Shown piece after piece: positions 38,424-47,731 of a DNA stretch of 63,361 bases. The notes under the pieces were generated by a model. The model saw only the letters and a program-made list of their open reading frames with translations, was not told the origin of the DNA and ran no database searches. The stretch comes from Deltaproteobacteria bacterium (GTDB lineage Bacteria; Desulfobacterota; Dissulfuribacteria; Dissulfuribacterales; QOAL01), in NCBI GenBank assembly GCA_015494395.1, contig WGBG01000011.1, positions 1 to 63,361 on the forward strand, written 5' to 3'. The position numbers were made by a program, and so were the translations under genes. Positions within the stretch are counted from its first letter, which is position 1; the number at the start of each line of letters is the position of its first letter.

Positions 38424-39557
38424 ATGGAACTATCTGCAATAATAAAAAACAAAATAGAAAAATCAGGGCCTATTCCATTTCGGGAATTCATGTCTATAGC
38501 CTTGTATCACGATGAGTTTGGGTATTACACAAAATCCAGGTTTCCTGCAGGAGGCAGGGGAGATTTTGTTACTTCGCCTCATACATCCAGGCTTTTTGGA
38601 GCCTTACTATGTAATCAGATAGAGGAATTTTTCAAATATACCTCGTCGTCTGATTTTCAAATAGTAGAGATGGGAGCCGGAGCTGGTTATCTGGCAGCGG
38701 ATATTTTGAGGCATGCTAATGAATGTAGTGCCCTTTCAGAAATCAAATATGTCATAGTTGAGCCCCATTCTGAAACAAGGGCTATTCAGAGATCAAATCT
38801 CGAAAATTTGCCTTCAAAGGTGGAATGGGTGGATGGTTTAGATAATCTTGAAGAGTTCCGTGGTTGCTTTATATCTAATGAGCTAGTGGATTCTTTTCCA
38901 GTCCATCTGGTTCATAAGGAAAATAATGATTGGTTTGAGGTTTATGTGGATCTGGATTCGCAAGGGGCATTTGTCGATATTTTAAATCCTATCCTTGATC
39001 ATGATCTTAATAATTACCTGGTCACGTTACCGTTTCAAGTTCCATCGCCGTATCGAACTGAGATTAATCTTGCTGCAAAAAATTGGATCAGGCAGGTATC
39101 AGGTGTCTTAAAAAAGGGATTCGTTTTGACCATTGATTATGGTTACTCTGCTGATAACTTTTTCGCTCCTCATAGGAATAGAGGCACTCTGTTGGGTTAC
39201 TATTCTCAGAATGTGGTTGAAAATGTGCTTCAGAACCCTGGTTTTATCGACATCACATCCCATGTAAATTTCACAGACTTGTGCAGATGGGGAAAGGAGT
39301 ACGGGCTTGAGCCCATAGGTTTTGCGCCTCAGTATGCCTTTTTGGGAGGACTGGATTTTGAGGCTACTTTCAGGAAAATTTATAAGCGGGTTGACCCGTT
39401 TTCGACTGAAATGGCAGCGGTTAAGATGTTAATTTTACCCCAGGGCATGGGCGAGAGTCATCAGGTTTTAGTTCAATCCAAAAATATAAATTCTTCTGAT
39501 TTAAAACTCTCCGGCTTTAATTTCGTAAACAGAGTTAATTCTATTTGTGAGTCTTAA
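38424..39557 (+). CDS. Class I SAM-dependent methyltransferase of the MidA/NDUFAF7 (DUF185) family
   Basis: PIPFREFMSIALYHDEFGYYT N-terminus, FVTSPH, IVEMGAGAGYLAADIL SAM motif, and ISNELVDSFPVH. Confidence 0.75.
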   Translation: MELSAIIKNKIEKSGPIPFREFMSIALYHDEFGYYTKSRFPAGGRGDFVTSPHTSRLFGALLCNQIEEFFKYTSSSDFQIVEMGAGAGYLAADILRHANECSALSEIKYVIVEPHSETRAIQRSNLENLPSKVEWVDGLDNLEEFRGCFISNELVDSFPVHLVHKENNDWFEVYVDLDSQGAFVDILNPILDHDLNNYLVTLPFQVPSPYRTEINLAAKNWIRQVSGVLKKGFVLTIDYGYSADNFFAPHRNRGTLLGYYSQNVVENVLQNPGFIDITSHVNFTDLCRWGKEYGLEPIGFAPQYAFLGGLDFEATFRKIYKRVDPFSTEMAAVKMLILPQGMGESHQVLVQSKNINSSDLKLSGFNFVNRVNSICES

Positions 39558-40196
39558 ATGAATAAAAAAAAGTTTGATCTGGTTATTTTTGACTGTGATG
39601 GAGTGTTGTTTGATTCAAAGGAGGCTAACCGTCAGTATTATAACGAATTGTTAAAAAGGCTTTCTCTTCCTGCTATGTCAGAGCTGCAACTGGAATATTG
39701 TCATAGTCACACTGCTGATGAGTCCATTGCCTTTCTTTTGAACGGTTTGCCTCAATTAGTCTTACAAAGAGCTAAGCAGGAAGTTAAAAATATATCTTAT
39801 GATGATTTTTTGAAATACATGTCTGAAGAGCCTGGTATGAGGGAAACTGTCTCATTTATAAAAAAAAATATTCCTACGGCTATTGCCACTAATCGTACTA
39901 CCACTATGCCGTTGCTGGTAAAAATGTACAGCCTTGATACTTTATTCGATAAAATTGTTTGTGCCCTTGATGTAAAAAAGGCCAAACCTGACCCAGAGTG
40001 TATTTATAATATTCTGCAGTACTTCAATATTCCTGCAAACAGAGCTGTTTATATTGGGGATACTGTAGTGGATCAGTATGTTGCAGAAGCAGCTGGTATT
40101 CCTTTGATTGCCTATAAAAATAACCATCTTGATGCGATGTTTCACGTGGAACACTTTGATGAAATAAAAGAAATAGTGTTAGGTGGTTGTAATTAG
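39558..40196 (+). CDS. HAD-superfamily hydrolase (phosphoglycolate phosphatase-like)
   Basis: DLVIFDCDGVLFDS (motif I), ATNR (motif II), K..PDPE, and YIGDTVVD (motif IV). Confidence 0.8.
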   Translation: MNKKKFDLVIFDCDGVLFDSKEANRQYYNELLKRLSLPAMSELQLEYCHSHTADESIAFLLNGLPQLVLQRAKQEVKNISYDDFLKYMSEEPGMRETVSFIKKNIPTAIATNRTTTMPLLVKMYSLDTLFDKIVCALDVKKAKPDPECIYNILQYFNIPANRAVYIGDTVVDQYVAEAAGIPLIAYKNNHLDAMFHVEHFDEIKEIVLGGCN

Positions 40197-40273
40197 AGAT
40201 TGATTTCGAAATTATGTTTATTGACGGGCCATAATACGCTTTTGTATTTACCACGCTTAAATGCAAAAAAATA

Positions 40274-40471
40274 TGAATCTATTCAGGGTGATAATTGGTC
40301 TTGTTTTGGAGTGACTTTGAATAATTTCGTAGCTTTTCCTGGGGAAGCGCAGCCAGAAAAACGCGTCGGTCTGAGCGAGGCACGAGCGAGTTTCGCGATT
40401 TTGGCGTAGCTAGCCTTAGAAAAACAAGACCAATTATCAAACTTATAATATCAATACGCAGAACAGTTACA
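40274..40471 (+). mobile_element. Family-A MITE-like element, copy A4 (short form)
   Basis: tGAATCTATTCAGGGTGATAATTGGTCTTGTTTTGGAGTGAC ... AAAACAAGACCAATTATCA ... CGCAGAACAGTTACA. The direct repeat AAAATA lies at 40268-40273 and 40472-40477. The element ends 26 nt before the adk ATG. Confidence 0.8.
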
Positions 40472-40497
40472 AAAATATAAAATCAGAGGAAGGTTTT

Positions 40498-41142
40498 ATG
40501 GCAAGCACTATCGTTTTTATAGGTCCTCCAGGGTGTGGAAAAGGTACTCATGCAGCCAAATTAAGCAACGATTATGACATATTACCTGTATCTGTGGGTG
40601 AGTATTTACGTCAGGAGGTGAAAGCCAAAACAGAATTGGGCGTGAAAATAGCGTATATTATGTCGAGAGGGGAATTGGTTTCAGACGAAATAGCCGTTGA
40701 AGTTGTAAAAGGCGTCTGTTATTCAAACAGGGAGAAAAATATACTCCTGGACGGATTTCCCAGGACAGTCAAGCAGGCGGTATTATTGGATGAATTTTTA
40801 CCTGATTATAATAGGCAAGTTGACATAGCGGTATATTTTAAGGTTTCGGATAAAGAGGTGATACGAAGAATTTCAGGACGCCGGTTGGATCCTCTAACAG
40901 GCAAAATTTATCATATTGAGTTTAATCCTCCCCCAGAGGGTGTCCATACTATCCAAAGAGATGATGACCGTATTGAAGTAATTAAGAAAAGGCTTGAGCT
41001 TTTTTATAATGAGACAGCTCCTGTGGCAGATTATTATAAGAAACAGAAAAAAATTGCAGAAATAGACGGAGAAGGGGCACTGGATGAAGTATATAGCCGA
41101 CTGTTGAGCGCAATAAAGCAGTATATTGAGAAAACCGCATAA
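40498..41142 (+). CDS. adk: Adenylate kinase
   Basis: IVFIGPPGCGKGTHA P-loop, LLDGFPRT, RRISGRR, and a DD.. LID segment without zinc cysteines. Confidence 0.9.
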   Translation: MASTIVFIGPPGCGKGTHAAKLSNDYDILPVSVGEYLRQEVKAKTELGVKIAYIMSRGELVSDEIAVEVVKGVCYSNREKNILLDGFPRTVKQAVLLDEFLPDYNRQVDIAVYFKVSDKEVIRRISGRRLDPLTGKIYHIEFNPPPEGVHTIQRDDDRIEVIKKRLELFYNETAPVADYYKKQKKIAEIDGEGALDEVYSRLLSAIKQYIEKTA

Positions 41143-41146
41143 GATA

Positions 41147-41173
41147 CGGTATTAAAACGATACCGGCATTTTT
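41147..41173 (+). terminator. Weak intrinsic terminator candidate after adk
   Basis: CGGTAT-taaaacg-ATACCG (6-bp stem) followed by GCATTTTT, starting 5 nt after the stop codon. Confidence 0.35.
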
Positions 41174-41265
41174 CCTTTGGTTAATGTGCTGTGTTGGTTG
41201 TTTGTGAAACGGCGATGTCAAAAAAAAGGGTCACAGCTAATTTGCCATGACCCTTGATTATTCTT

Positions 41266-41342
<77 letters not shown>

Positions 41343-41406
41343 TCGGATGCGTGTATAATAATCAGTTTTTGTTGATTGTCAATCTCTGTTAATTAAGTAA
41401 TTTAAT

Positions 41407-41603
41407 GGTATCTATTCAGCGTGGTAAATGGTCTTGTTTTGGAGTGACCTTGAATAATTTCGTAGTTTTTCTTGGGGAAGCGCAGCTACAATCGCCTCTC
41501 GCTGAGCGAGGTACCAGCGAGTTTCGAGATTTTGGCGGTGCAATCAATAGAAAAACTAGACCAATTATCAGCCTTCATTAACTAAACGCGCTGAACAGTT
41601 AAT
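41407..41603 (+). mobile_element. Family-A MITE-like element, copy A5 (short form)
   Basis: GGTATCTATTCAGCGTGGTAAATGGTCTTGTTTTGGAGTGAC ... AAAACTAGACCAATTATCA ... CGCTGAACAGTTAAT. The flanks are TTTAAT and TTTAAG. It sits between a TPR-protein gene stop and the tRNA-fMet 5' end. Confidence 0.8.
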
Positions 41604-41625
41604 TTTAAGGCAAGATTAGAAACCA

Positions 41626-42462
41626 TTACTTAATGTCACGCTTATGGCCGTTTTTAAGCTGCAGCGTGTATTCTTTCTCCAGAAGCAAGGCAATTTCGTT
41701 TAATCGCTTTTCTAGGATGCGAAGCGCTGATTTGGCCTCACGGCAGTTGGGGTTTATTTTCAGAGCCTGTTCAAAGGCATTTTTCGCCTCTGTGTACCAA
41801 CTGCCCTCAAGATAACTTTCACCTGCTATGCAGTACGCCTCATCCATGTTGTTTGGGAAAATGTTCCTTAGAATAGAGCCGATACCATTTTTTCTTTCCC
41901 AACCATTGGGATTTTCATCCTTTTGATCAAGGATAAAGCGGATGAGCAGCGCGTTGTCCTTTTCATTAGCGGTGATTGCGTACAGTTTGTCCAGTGCCTT
42001 TTCATATAGGCAGCGTATGCGTTTGATACTATTGTAAACCTCATCGTTTATCTCCTGAAAAAACATGGGACAGGTATCCTCAGAGGTGTTTTTATTTTGA
42101 GGTAGCTGCAGAGTCTGGTATACAGGACGGTAATGCATGAGAACATAGAGGTTTTCCTTGAGTTTCATCGCCTCGTGGAAGAGAGTCCCAATCATCCAGT
42201 CAAAAAGAAATGTGTCAGGATTTTTTTGAGGTTCAGCATCCTTCCACATTAAATGACTCATATCTTTAAGATGCCATAGCATGCCCTTGGCCTCCTGGGT
42301 ACCTACCCATTTGTCCATACCCTCGTATGACAGGCCTTTTTTGGAAAAATTGGAATCAAGTTTCTTAAAAAAGTCAAAGGACTTAAAAAAATCCTTTACT
42401 ATGTTTTTTATATAGATGTCTCTATGATCAACAAGCCAGTCCTTGTTGGAAGCAAGTGTCAT
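41626..42462 (-). CDS. Hypothetical protein with a C-terminal TPR-like motif
   Basis: AYCIAGESYLEGSWYTEAKNAFEQALKINPNCREAKSALRIL is TPR-like. The remainder is unrecognised. Confidence 0.55.
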   Translation of the reverse strand: MTLASNKDWLVDHRDIYIKNIVKDFFKSFDFFKKLDSNFSKKGLSYEGMDKWVGTQEAKGMLWHLKDMSHLMWKDAEPQKNPDTFLFDWMIGTLFHEAMKLKENLYVLMHYRPVYQTLQLPQNKNTSEDTCPMFFQEINDEVYNSIKRIRCLYEKALDKLYAITANEKDNALLIRFILDQKDENPNGWERKNGIGSILRNIFPNNMDEAYCIAGESYLEGSWYTEAKNAFEQALKINPNCREAKSALRILEKRLNEIALLLEKEYTLQLKNGHKRDIK

Positions 42463-42577
42463 TCAGTACTACCTCTGTGGTTTTTATGATGATAAAATGG
42501 TACTGCGATCGTACAGCCTTGAGCTTTAAGTCTTTAGCTCTTTACACACAATTATAACGGCTTGAAAGAGTCTTTAC

Positions 42578-42783
42578 TTTAGATTGAGCATTTCAAAACC
42601 TGGAAAATTATTTTTTCAATGAAATTCAAAGGAATTAGTAATTATAGATTTCCGGTTTTGAAACCTTTCGGGATTTCCGGATTCACTGCATCTCCTTTGC
42701 CAGAGGAACCCCAATATAGCCGACTATTATGGGAATTCCTCTTTCACGGATTAGCAGCAAATCCGACAATCGCTCAATCTAGG
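42578..42783 (+). mobile_element. Family-B MITE-like element, copy B2 (long form carrying a nested insert of about 105 bp)
   Basis: TIRs TTTAGATTGAGCA / CGCTCAATCTAGG. Perfect 5-bp direct repeat TTTAC at 42573-42577 and 42784-42788. The interior is colinear with B3. Confidence 0.8.
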
Positions 42784-42806
42784 TTTACTGTAAATAACCC
42801 GGTAAT

Positions 42807-44033
42807 ATGAATATATTAGGACAAGAATGTCAGATATCCTTTCAAAGGGCAAGAGAAATAATAAAGGAATTACCCTTTAAGGGCACGGAATTTGTGGAGC
42901 TATCAAGGCTGTCAGGTCGAACTGCTGTACATGACATTGTTGCTACAATTTATTCACCTAGCTCTGCAACCTCCCTTAAGGACGGATATGCCGTTGTGTC
43001 TGATGACATAAGCACAGCCTCAGAGAATAATCCGTTAACCCTGGCTATAGCGGGAACTGTGTTGGCAGGAGATACGAAATCGCCTGGTATAAAATCCGGT
43101 GAGGCTTTGAGGATAATGACAGGTGCCATAATACCGGAGAGTGCTAATGCGGTACTGGCATCTGAATTTGCGAAAGAGAATGAGGATGGATCAGCAGTCA
43201 GGGTGTATGCTGATGCAGTTCCTGGGAAGAACATTTTGCCTCGTGGCGGGGAGCTTGATAAAGGCCAGCTTCTAGTACGAAAAGGTGAGGTTATCACGCC
43301 TGAAGCAGTTGCCCTCCTTGCTGCATCCGGCCTTGTGGGTGCTGATGTGTTCAAAATACCAAGGGTTGCACTGCTTGCAACTGGAAGTGAGATAGTAAAT
43401 CAGGGAAGCACCTTGACACACGGCCAGATCTTCCAGAGTAACCATTATGTTACAATGTCATGGCTTAGATCAAGGGGGATTGATAGCGAGATATTTATAG
43501 CTCATGACAATTTCAGTGACATGGCCAGGGAGACTGAGCGCCTTGTTTCGGAATTTGATGCAATTATTACAAGCGGAGGCCTGCTTTCAGGAGACAGAGA
43601 CATAGTTGTCCCGGTTATGGAGAGTGTGGGGACAAGGTATCTGTTTAGACGGGTCAAGATAGGACCCGGTAAGGGGGTGTGTTTAGGCATGTGCGGTGAT
43701 ACAGTAATCTTTAACTTGCCTGGAGGACCTCCTTCTAACTATCTTTCGTTTATGCTACTGGCGTTACCAGGTATTTTAAGGCTTGCCGGATTTTCCCAGC
43801 CATTTTTTCCAAAAAGGACAGCCGTGCTTGATTCACCTGTTTCAGGCCCAAGAAATTGGACGCAGTTTTCCTTAGGAAAAACCTCATGGAACGGAGCAAC
43901 TCTTCATGTAAAACCCGTGGATCCAGGCAGCAGGCTCATGAAAATAGCAATCTCCGACTGTGCTATAGAAATTGCCGAGGGAGTTGATTCACTGGATGTG
44001 GGAGACATGGTAGTAGTCCACGACTTTTCCTGA
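42807..44033 (+). CDS. moeA: Molybdopterin molybdenumtransferase
   Basis: MoeA layout: SLKDGYAV, IMTGAIIPE, VALLATGSEI, ITSGGLLSGDRD, and NLPGGPPS. Confidence 0.85.
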   Translation: MNILGQECQISFQRAREIIKELPFKGTEFVELSRLSGRTAVHDIVATIYSPSSATSLKDGYAVVSDDISTASENNPLTLAIAGTVLAGDTKSPGIKSGEALRIMTGAIIPESANAVLASEFAKENEDGSAVRVYADAVPGKNILPRGGELDKGQLLVRKGEVITPEAVALLAASGLVGADVFKIPRVALLATGSEIVNQGSTLTHGQIFQSNHYVTMSWLRSRGIDSEIFIAHDNFSDMARETERLVSEFDAIITSGGLLSGDRDIVVPVMESVGTRYLFRRVKIGPGKGVCLGMCGDTVIFNLPGGPPSNYLSFMLLALPGILRLAGFSQPFFPKRTAVLDSPVSGPRNWTQFSLGKTSWNGATLHVKPVDPGSRLMKIAISDCAIEIAEGVDSLDVGDMVVVHDFS

Positions 44034-44052
44034 TACGGGAAGGGGGCTTAGA

Positions 44053-45051
44053 ATGCCAAAGAGAAAAAAAATCCTAATTTTCCTGATTATTGCAGCAGTG
44101 GCCGGAGGAGTTTTTGGGTTCAAGGTATTTACCAACGGCACCCAGAATGACGGAAATGACCTTTTTATTTTCGGAAATGTGGATGTGAGAGAGGTTAATC
44201 TTGCCTTTTATGCTACTGGACGTATTGCAAAGCTCCTTGTAGACGAGGGTGACAAGGTAAAAAAGGGCCAGCTTCTGGCAGAGCTTGAGGATTCCAGATA
44301 CAGGCATGCAGTAGCAAAACTTAAAAGTGACCTGGTGGCACAGCGTGATCTTCTCGCCAGATTAAAAAACGGAAGCCGGCCCCAGGAGAAGGCAGATGCC
44401 ATGGCAAGGGTAGAGGCAGCAGATGCAAGACTTGAGTTAGCCAAAATTACAGCCCGCAGGCTTGAGAAGCTTTCAAAAACCGATTTTGTTTCAAAACAGA
44501 AGCGAGACAACGCAGAGGCAGAGCTTCGGGCAGCAAAAGCAGCCTTGAAAAGCGCCCGAGAACATCTTTCCCTTGTGCTTGAAGGCCCCAGAAAGGAGGA
44601 TATCCAGAGGGCAGAGGCACAGCTCAAGTCCCTTGTTTCAGCCCTTGCACTTGCAGAGGAAGAACTAGCAGACACAAAACTTTATTCACCTGCAGAAGGT
44701 ATTATTCAAAATCGGATTCTTGAGCCAGGCTCTATGGCATTTCCAAATACACCGGTTTTCAGCCTGGCACTTACAGACCCGATCTGGGTAAGGGCTTATA
44801 TTCCTGAGCCTTCCTTAGGGAGAGTTAAAAAGGGCATGAAGGTTGAGGTAACTTCAGACAGTTTTTCTGAAATCAAGTACCAGGGATGGGTAGGCTTCAT
44901 TTCACCTGTGGCAGAGTTTACTCCAAAATCAGTCCAGACAACCGAACTTCGTACAAGGCTTGTTTACAGGGCGAGGTGCTTTGTAAAAAACAGTAATGGG
45001 GAATTAAGACTGGGCATGCCTGTTACTGTGCGGGTTTTAACAGAAGAGTAG
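44053..45051 (+). CDS. HlyD-family periplasmic adaptor (membrane fusion protein)
   Basis: N-terminal TM segment, biotinyl-lipoyl-like GRIAKLLVDEGDKVKKGQLLAELED, a long Ala/Glu/Lys coiled coil, and a beta-barrel C-terminus LRLGMPVTV. Confidence 0.8.
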   Translation: MPKRKKILIFLIIAAVAGGVFGFKVFTNGTQNDGNDLFIFGNVDVREVNLAFYATGRIAKLLVDEGDKVKKGQLLAELEDSRYRHAVAKLKSDLVAQRDLLARLKNGSRPQEKADAMARVEAADARLELAKITARRLEKLSKTDFVSKQKRDNAEAELRAAKAALKSAREHLSLVLEGPRKEDIQRAEAQLKSLVSALALAEEELADTKLYSPAEGIIQNRILEPGSMAFPNTPVFSLALTDPIWVRAYIPEPSLGRVKKGMKVEVTSDSFSEIKYQGWVGFISPVAEFTPKSVQTTELRTRLVYRARCFVKNSNGELRLGMPVTVRVLTEE

Positions 45052-45064
45052 CAGAAAAGTCACC

Positions 45065-46087
45065 CTATCCCTCTATCACTGTGCAGTTTCTGCCTCTTGA
45101 TTTGGCAAGATAGAGCCGTTTGTCTGCAAGTTCCACAAGTGCATCTTCTGTTAAGTTTTTAAGCTCTGTTGCAGATGCCACCCCTGCTGAAAAACGTACC
45201 TCAAGATCATGTCCTTTCCATTTAAAACTGTGTGAGTTTACCACATGTCTGAGTCGTTCGGTAAATGCAAGTCCTGTTTGAATATCTCCCTGGCAGATTC
45301 CAAAAAACTCCTCACCTCCAAATCTGCCAAGCTCATCCTCTTTGCGCTTAGCCGAATACATGATCCCAGCCATGGTTGAGAGCACATAATCCCCAGCCTT
45401 GTGGCCCCAGGTATCGTTAATTTTTTTGAAGTGGTCAACATCAATTAGTATGAAGCAGAAGTCGTCTATATGGCCCCTGCAGTACTGTCCAACATTTATT
45501 TCCATTATCCTGTCCATGATAGAGCGTCTTGGAAGGCCGGTCAGCTCGTCATAGTACCCGAGCCGCTCAAGCAGCTCCTTCTGTTCCATCTCCTTGGTTA
45601 CATCGGTAAGACAACCTGGTGATAGGTAGATGTCATCTCCAGGAAACTTCATAATAATAGCCTGGTCCTTAAGCCATACAGTACCTGTGCCAACAGAAAG
45701 TTTGTAAATTGCCTCTACCCTGCCCTGTTCAATGACCTTTTGTCTGAGATCCAGCCTTTTTGATTGCAGCTTGGAGCCACTGATTATCTGTTCTTCAACT
45801 GTTGCATGAATGGAATCGGTATAGTGATACTCCCTGCGGTCAAGTACCTTTTGTCTGATGCACTCAGCAGGATCGCCTTCCGGACACTCAAGTAATCTTC
45901 TTAACCTTGGGCTGGCGTACTCGTACCATATCCTCTTTCTGTCACCTTGCCATGCTGCAAGATATGGTATGGGCGGAAGAAGTGATTTTTCCATAGCGAT
46001 ACAGGTAGTAATAAATTTTTCAAGATGCTCTAATATTTCACCGTTCAGCCCGGGCTTGTGAAGCAGTTTACCTGTGTATCCTTGCAT
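45065..46087 (-). CDS. Diguanylate cyclase (GGDEF domain) with an N-terminal sensory region
   Basis: DVDHFKKINDTWGHKAGD and RFGGEEFFGI active-site motif. Confidence 0.85.
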   Translation of the reverse strand: MQGYTGKLLHKPGLNGEILEHLEKFITTCIAMEKSLLPPIPYLAAWQGDRKRIWYEYASPRLRRLLECPEGDPAECIRQKVLDRREYHYTDSIHATVEEQIISGSKLQSKRLDLRQKVIEQGRVEAIYKLSVGTGTVWLKDQAIIMKFPGDDIYLSPGCLTDVTKEMEQKELLERLGYYDELTGLPRRSIMDRIMEINVGQYCRGHIDDFCFILIDVDHFKKINDTWGHKAGDYVLSTMAGIMYSAKRKEDELGRFGGEEFFGICQGDIQTGLAFTERLRHVVNSHSFKWKGHDLEVRFSAGVASATELKNLTEDALVELADKRLYLAKSRGRNCTVIEG

Positions 46088-46139
46088 TAGGTCCCTCTTT
46101 TATGCGGTTTTTTATGTTATTCCCCACCATATATTTCTG

Positions 46140-46347
46140 CCTGAATTGAGCGTTTCAAAAGTTTGAAGACATAATTTTATACGATATCAAAAGGAGTTAC
46201 ACCTATAATACTCTTCAACTTTTGAAACCCTTCGGGATTGCCGGATTCACCGCATCTCCTTTGTAAGAGGAATTCCCATATAGCCGACTATTATGGAAAT
46301 TCCTCTTTCGCGGATCTGCAGCAAATCCGACAATCGCTCAATCCAGG
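46140..46347 (+). mobile_element. Family-B MITE-like element, copy B3 (long form)
   Basis: TIRs CCTGAATTGAGCG / CGCTCAATCCAGG. Perfect 5-bp direct repeat TTCTG at 46135-46139 and 46348-46352. The nested insert has its own stem AGAGGAATTCCCATA..TATGGAAATTCCTCT. Confidence 0.85.
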
Positions 46348-46720
46348 TTCTGCATAATGAGATATTATGCAGATTAATGAGCGATTTTTATGAAAAATAT
46401 AATGTGAGAAAATAAAGAAATTTTTATTTAAATGAAACCAGACAACGGAAACATTATAGTAAAAATTTTTTCCAAAACAAATAAATTAATTAGGAATTAT
46501 CCAAATCAACAAGTAGTTAAAGAGTTTGGGACCTGGAAGACCATGCAAGAAGTGCTATAAGTACCACTTCTTATTAGCTCATCTCTAAATTACCAGTTCA
46601 TTCAAGATTATATCCATTATGTCGATATCTATAATGTCTATGGATATCAATATAAAATTTTTAGCTGTTTTTGAGCTGCTGACTTTAAACTCAGTGCTGA
46701 TTTTCATAATCTTTTGATCT

Positions 46721-47731
46721 ATGGTGCATTTCCCAAAAAGAAATATACAGGCCATATTGTGCGTGATGATGTTTGTTGTAGTGCTCAGTATTACGGTATG
46801 GCTTGTATGGGATTCCTATAACTTTCAGGAGCTATTTGCCCATGTGGTAAGTACAGGTCCTGGAGTGGGCCCTGATGGTATTTTAATATCCTGGCACGGT
46901 GTCGAACATATCCAGAGGATTATTAGAGCAAGTGCTGCCCTGATAATAGCGGTTTTCACACTCTGCTCACTTCTCATGTGGTATGTCATACGATCACGTA
47001 TTTTGCTCGCCCGTGCTGCCTCAATAAGGAAAAAGAGTCATGAAAGATACAGATTTCTGACTGAGGGCTTGCCAACTATAGGTATATTAAGATTCAGCCT
47101 GGCTGATTTCAGAGTTATAGACTGCAATCGTGCTGCACTAAATATTACAGGTATGCCAAGGACAGAGTTTGTAGGCAGACCGGTAACTGATTTTGTTGAC
47201 CCAAGAGATCTTAATGTGGTTATGCTTGAGCTTGAGGAACTCAGGGGTGGACGTACAAGCCATTATTTTCCTGTAAAAATGGTGCATTACAATGGTGGAA
47301 CCCAGTACATTGGCTGGCATATAGCTGTAATCAGGCAACCGGATGAGGAGCCTCAGGCAGTTGCAATAATGACAGACGTATCAAAGGAGCAGAAACTTCA
47401 GATAGAACGTATGGAAAAAGAACGGCTGGCTGGCGTGCTTCAGATGGCAGGGGCAGCAGCCCATGAGCTGAATCAGCCTATACAGGCGGTTTCCGGAATG
47501 CTCTACATGGCAATGCAGAAGGTGGATAAGCATGATCCCCTGTACAAGTCGCTTGAGACGATAAGCGCAGAGGTGGAACGTATGACTGCAATCAGCAGAA
47601 AGATTTCCGGCATAAGCTGTTATGAAACCAAGGAGTATGTGGGGGACACGAAGATAATTGATATTGATGCGGCTGCTGGCAACAGACGCAATACGCTCAG
47701 GAGGGGCAGTGCTCAGCGACGCGTACCCTGA
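46721..47731 (+). CDS. Membrane PAS-domain protein with a HisKA dimerisation/phosphoacceptor domain but no HATPase_c domain
   Basis: Two N-terminal TM segments, a PAS-like region (FRVIDCNRAALNITGMPRTEFVGRPVTDFVDPRD), and the H-box AAHELNQPIQAV. The ORF ends about 95 residues after the H-box, and the downstream DNA is occupied by a convergent gene. Confidence 0.65.
   Translation: MVHFPKRNIQAILCVMMFVVVLSITVWLVWDSYNFQELFAHVVSTGPGVGPDGILISWHGVEHIQRIIRASAALIIAVFTLCSLLMWYVIRSRILLARAASIRKKSHERYRFLTEGLPTIGILRFSLADFRVIDCNRAALNITGMPRTEFVGRPVTDFVDPRDLNVVMLELEELRGGRTSHYFPVKMVHYNGGTQYIGWHIAVIRQPDEEPQAVAIMTDVSKEQKLQIERMEKERLAGVLQMAGAAAHELNQPIQAVSGMLYMAMQKVDKHDPLYKSLETISAEVERMTAISRKISGISCYETKEYVGDTKIIDIDAAAGNRRNTLRRGSAQRRVP

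Noticed and set aside
42463-42806. A possible Moco riboswitch in the 344-nt leader of moeA.
   Set aside because: Most of the leader is the family-B element B2, which recurs upstream of unrelated genes. I could not find the conserved Moco-motif segments as I remember them.
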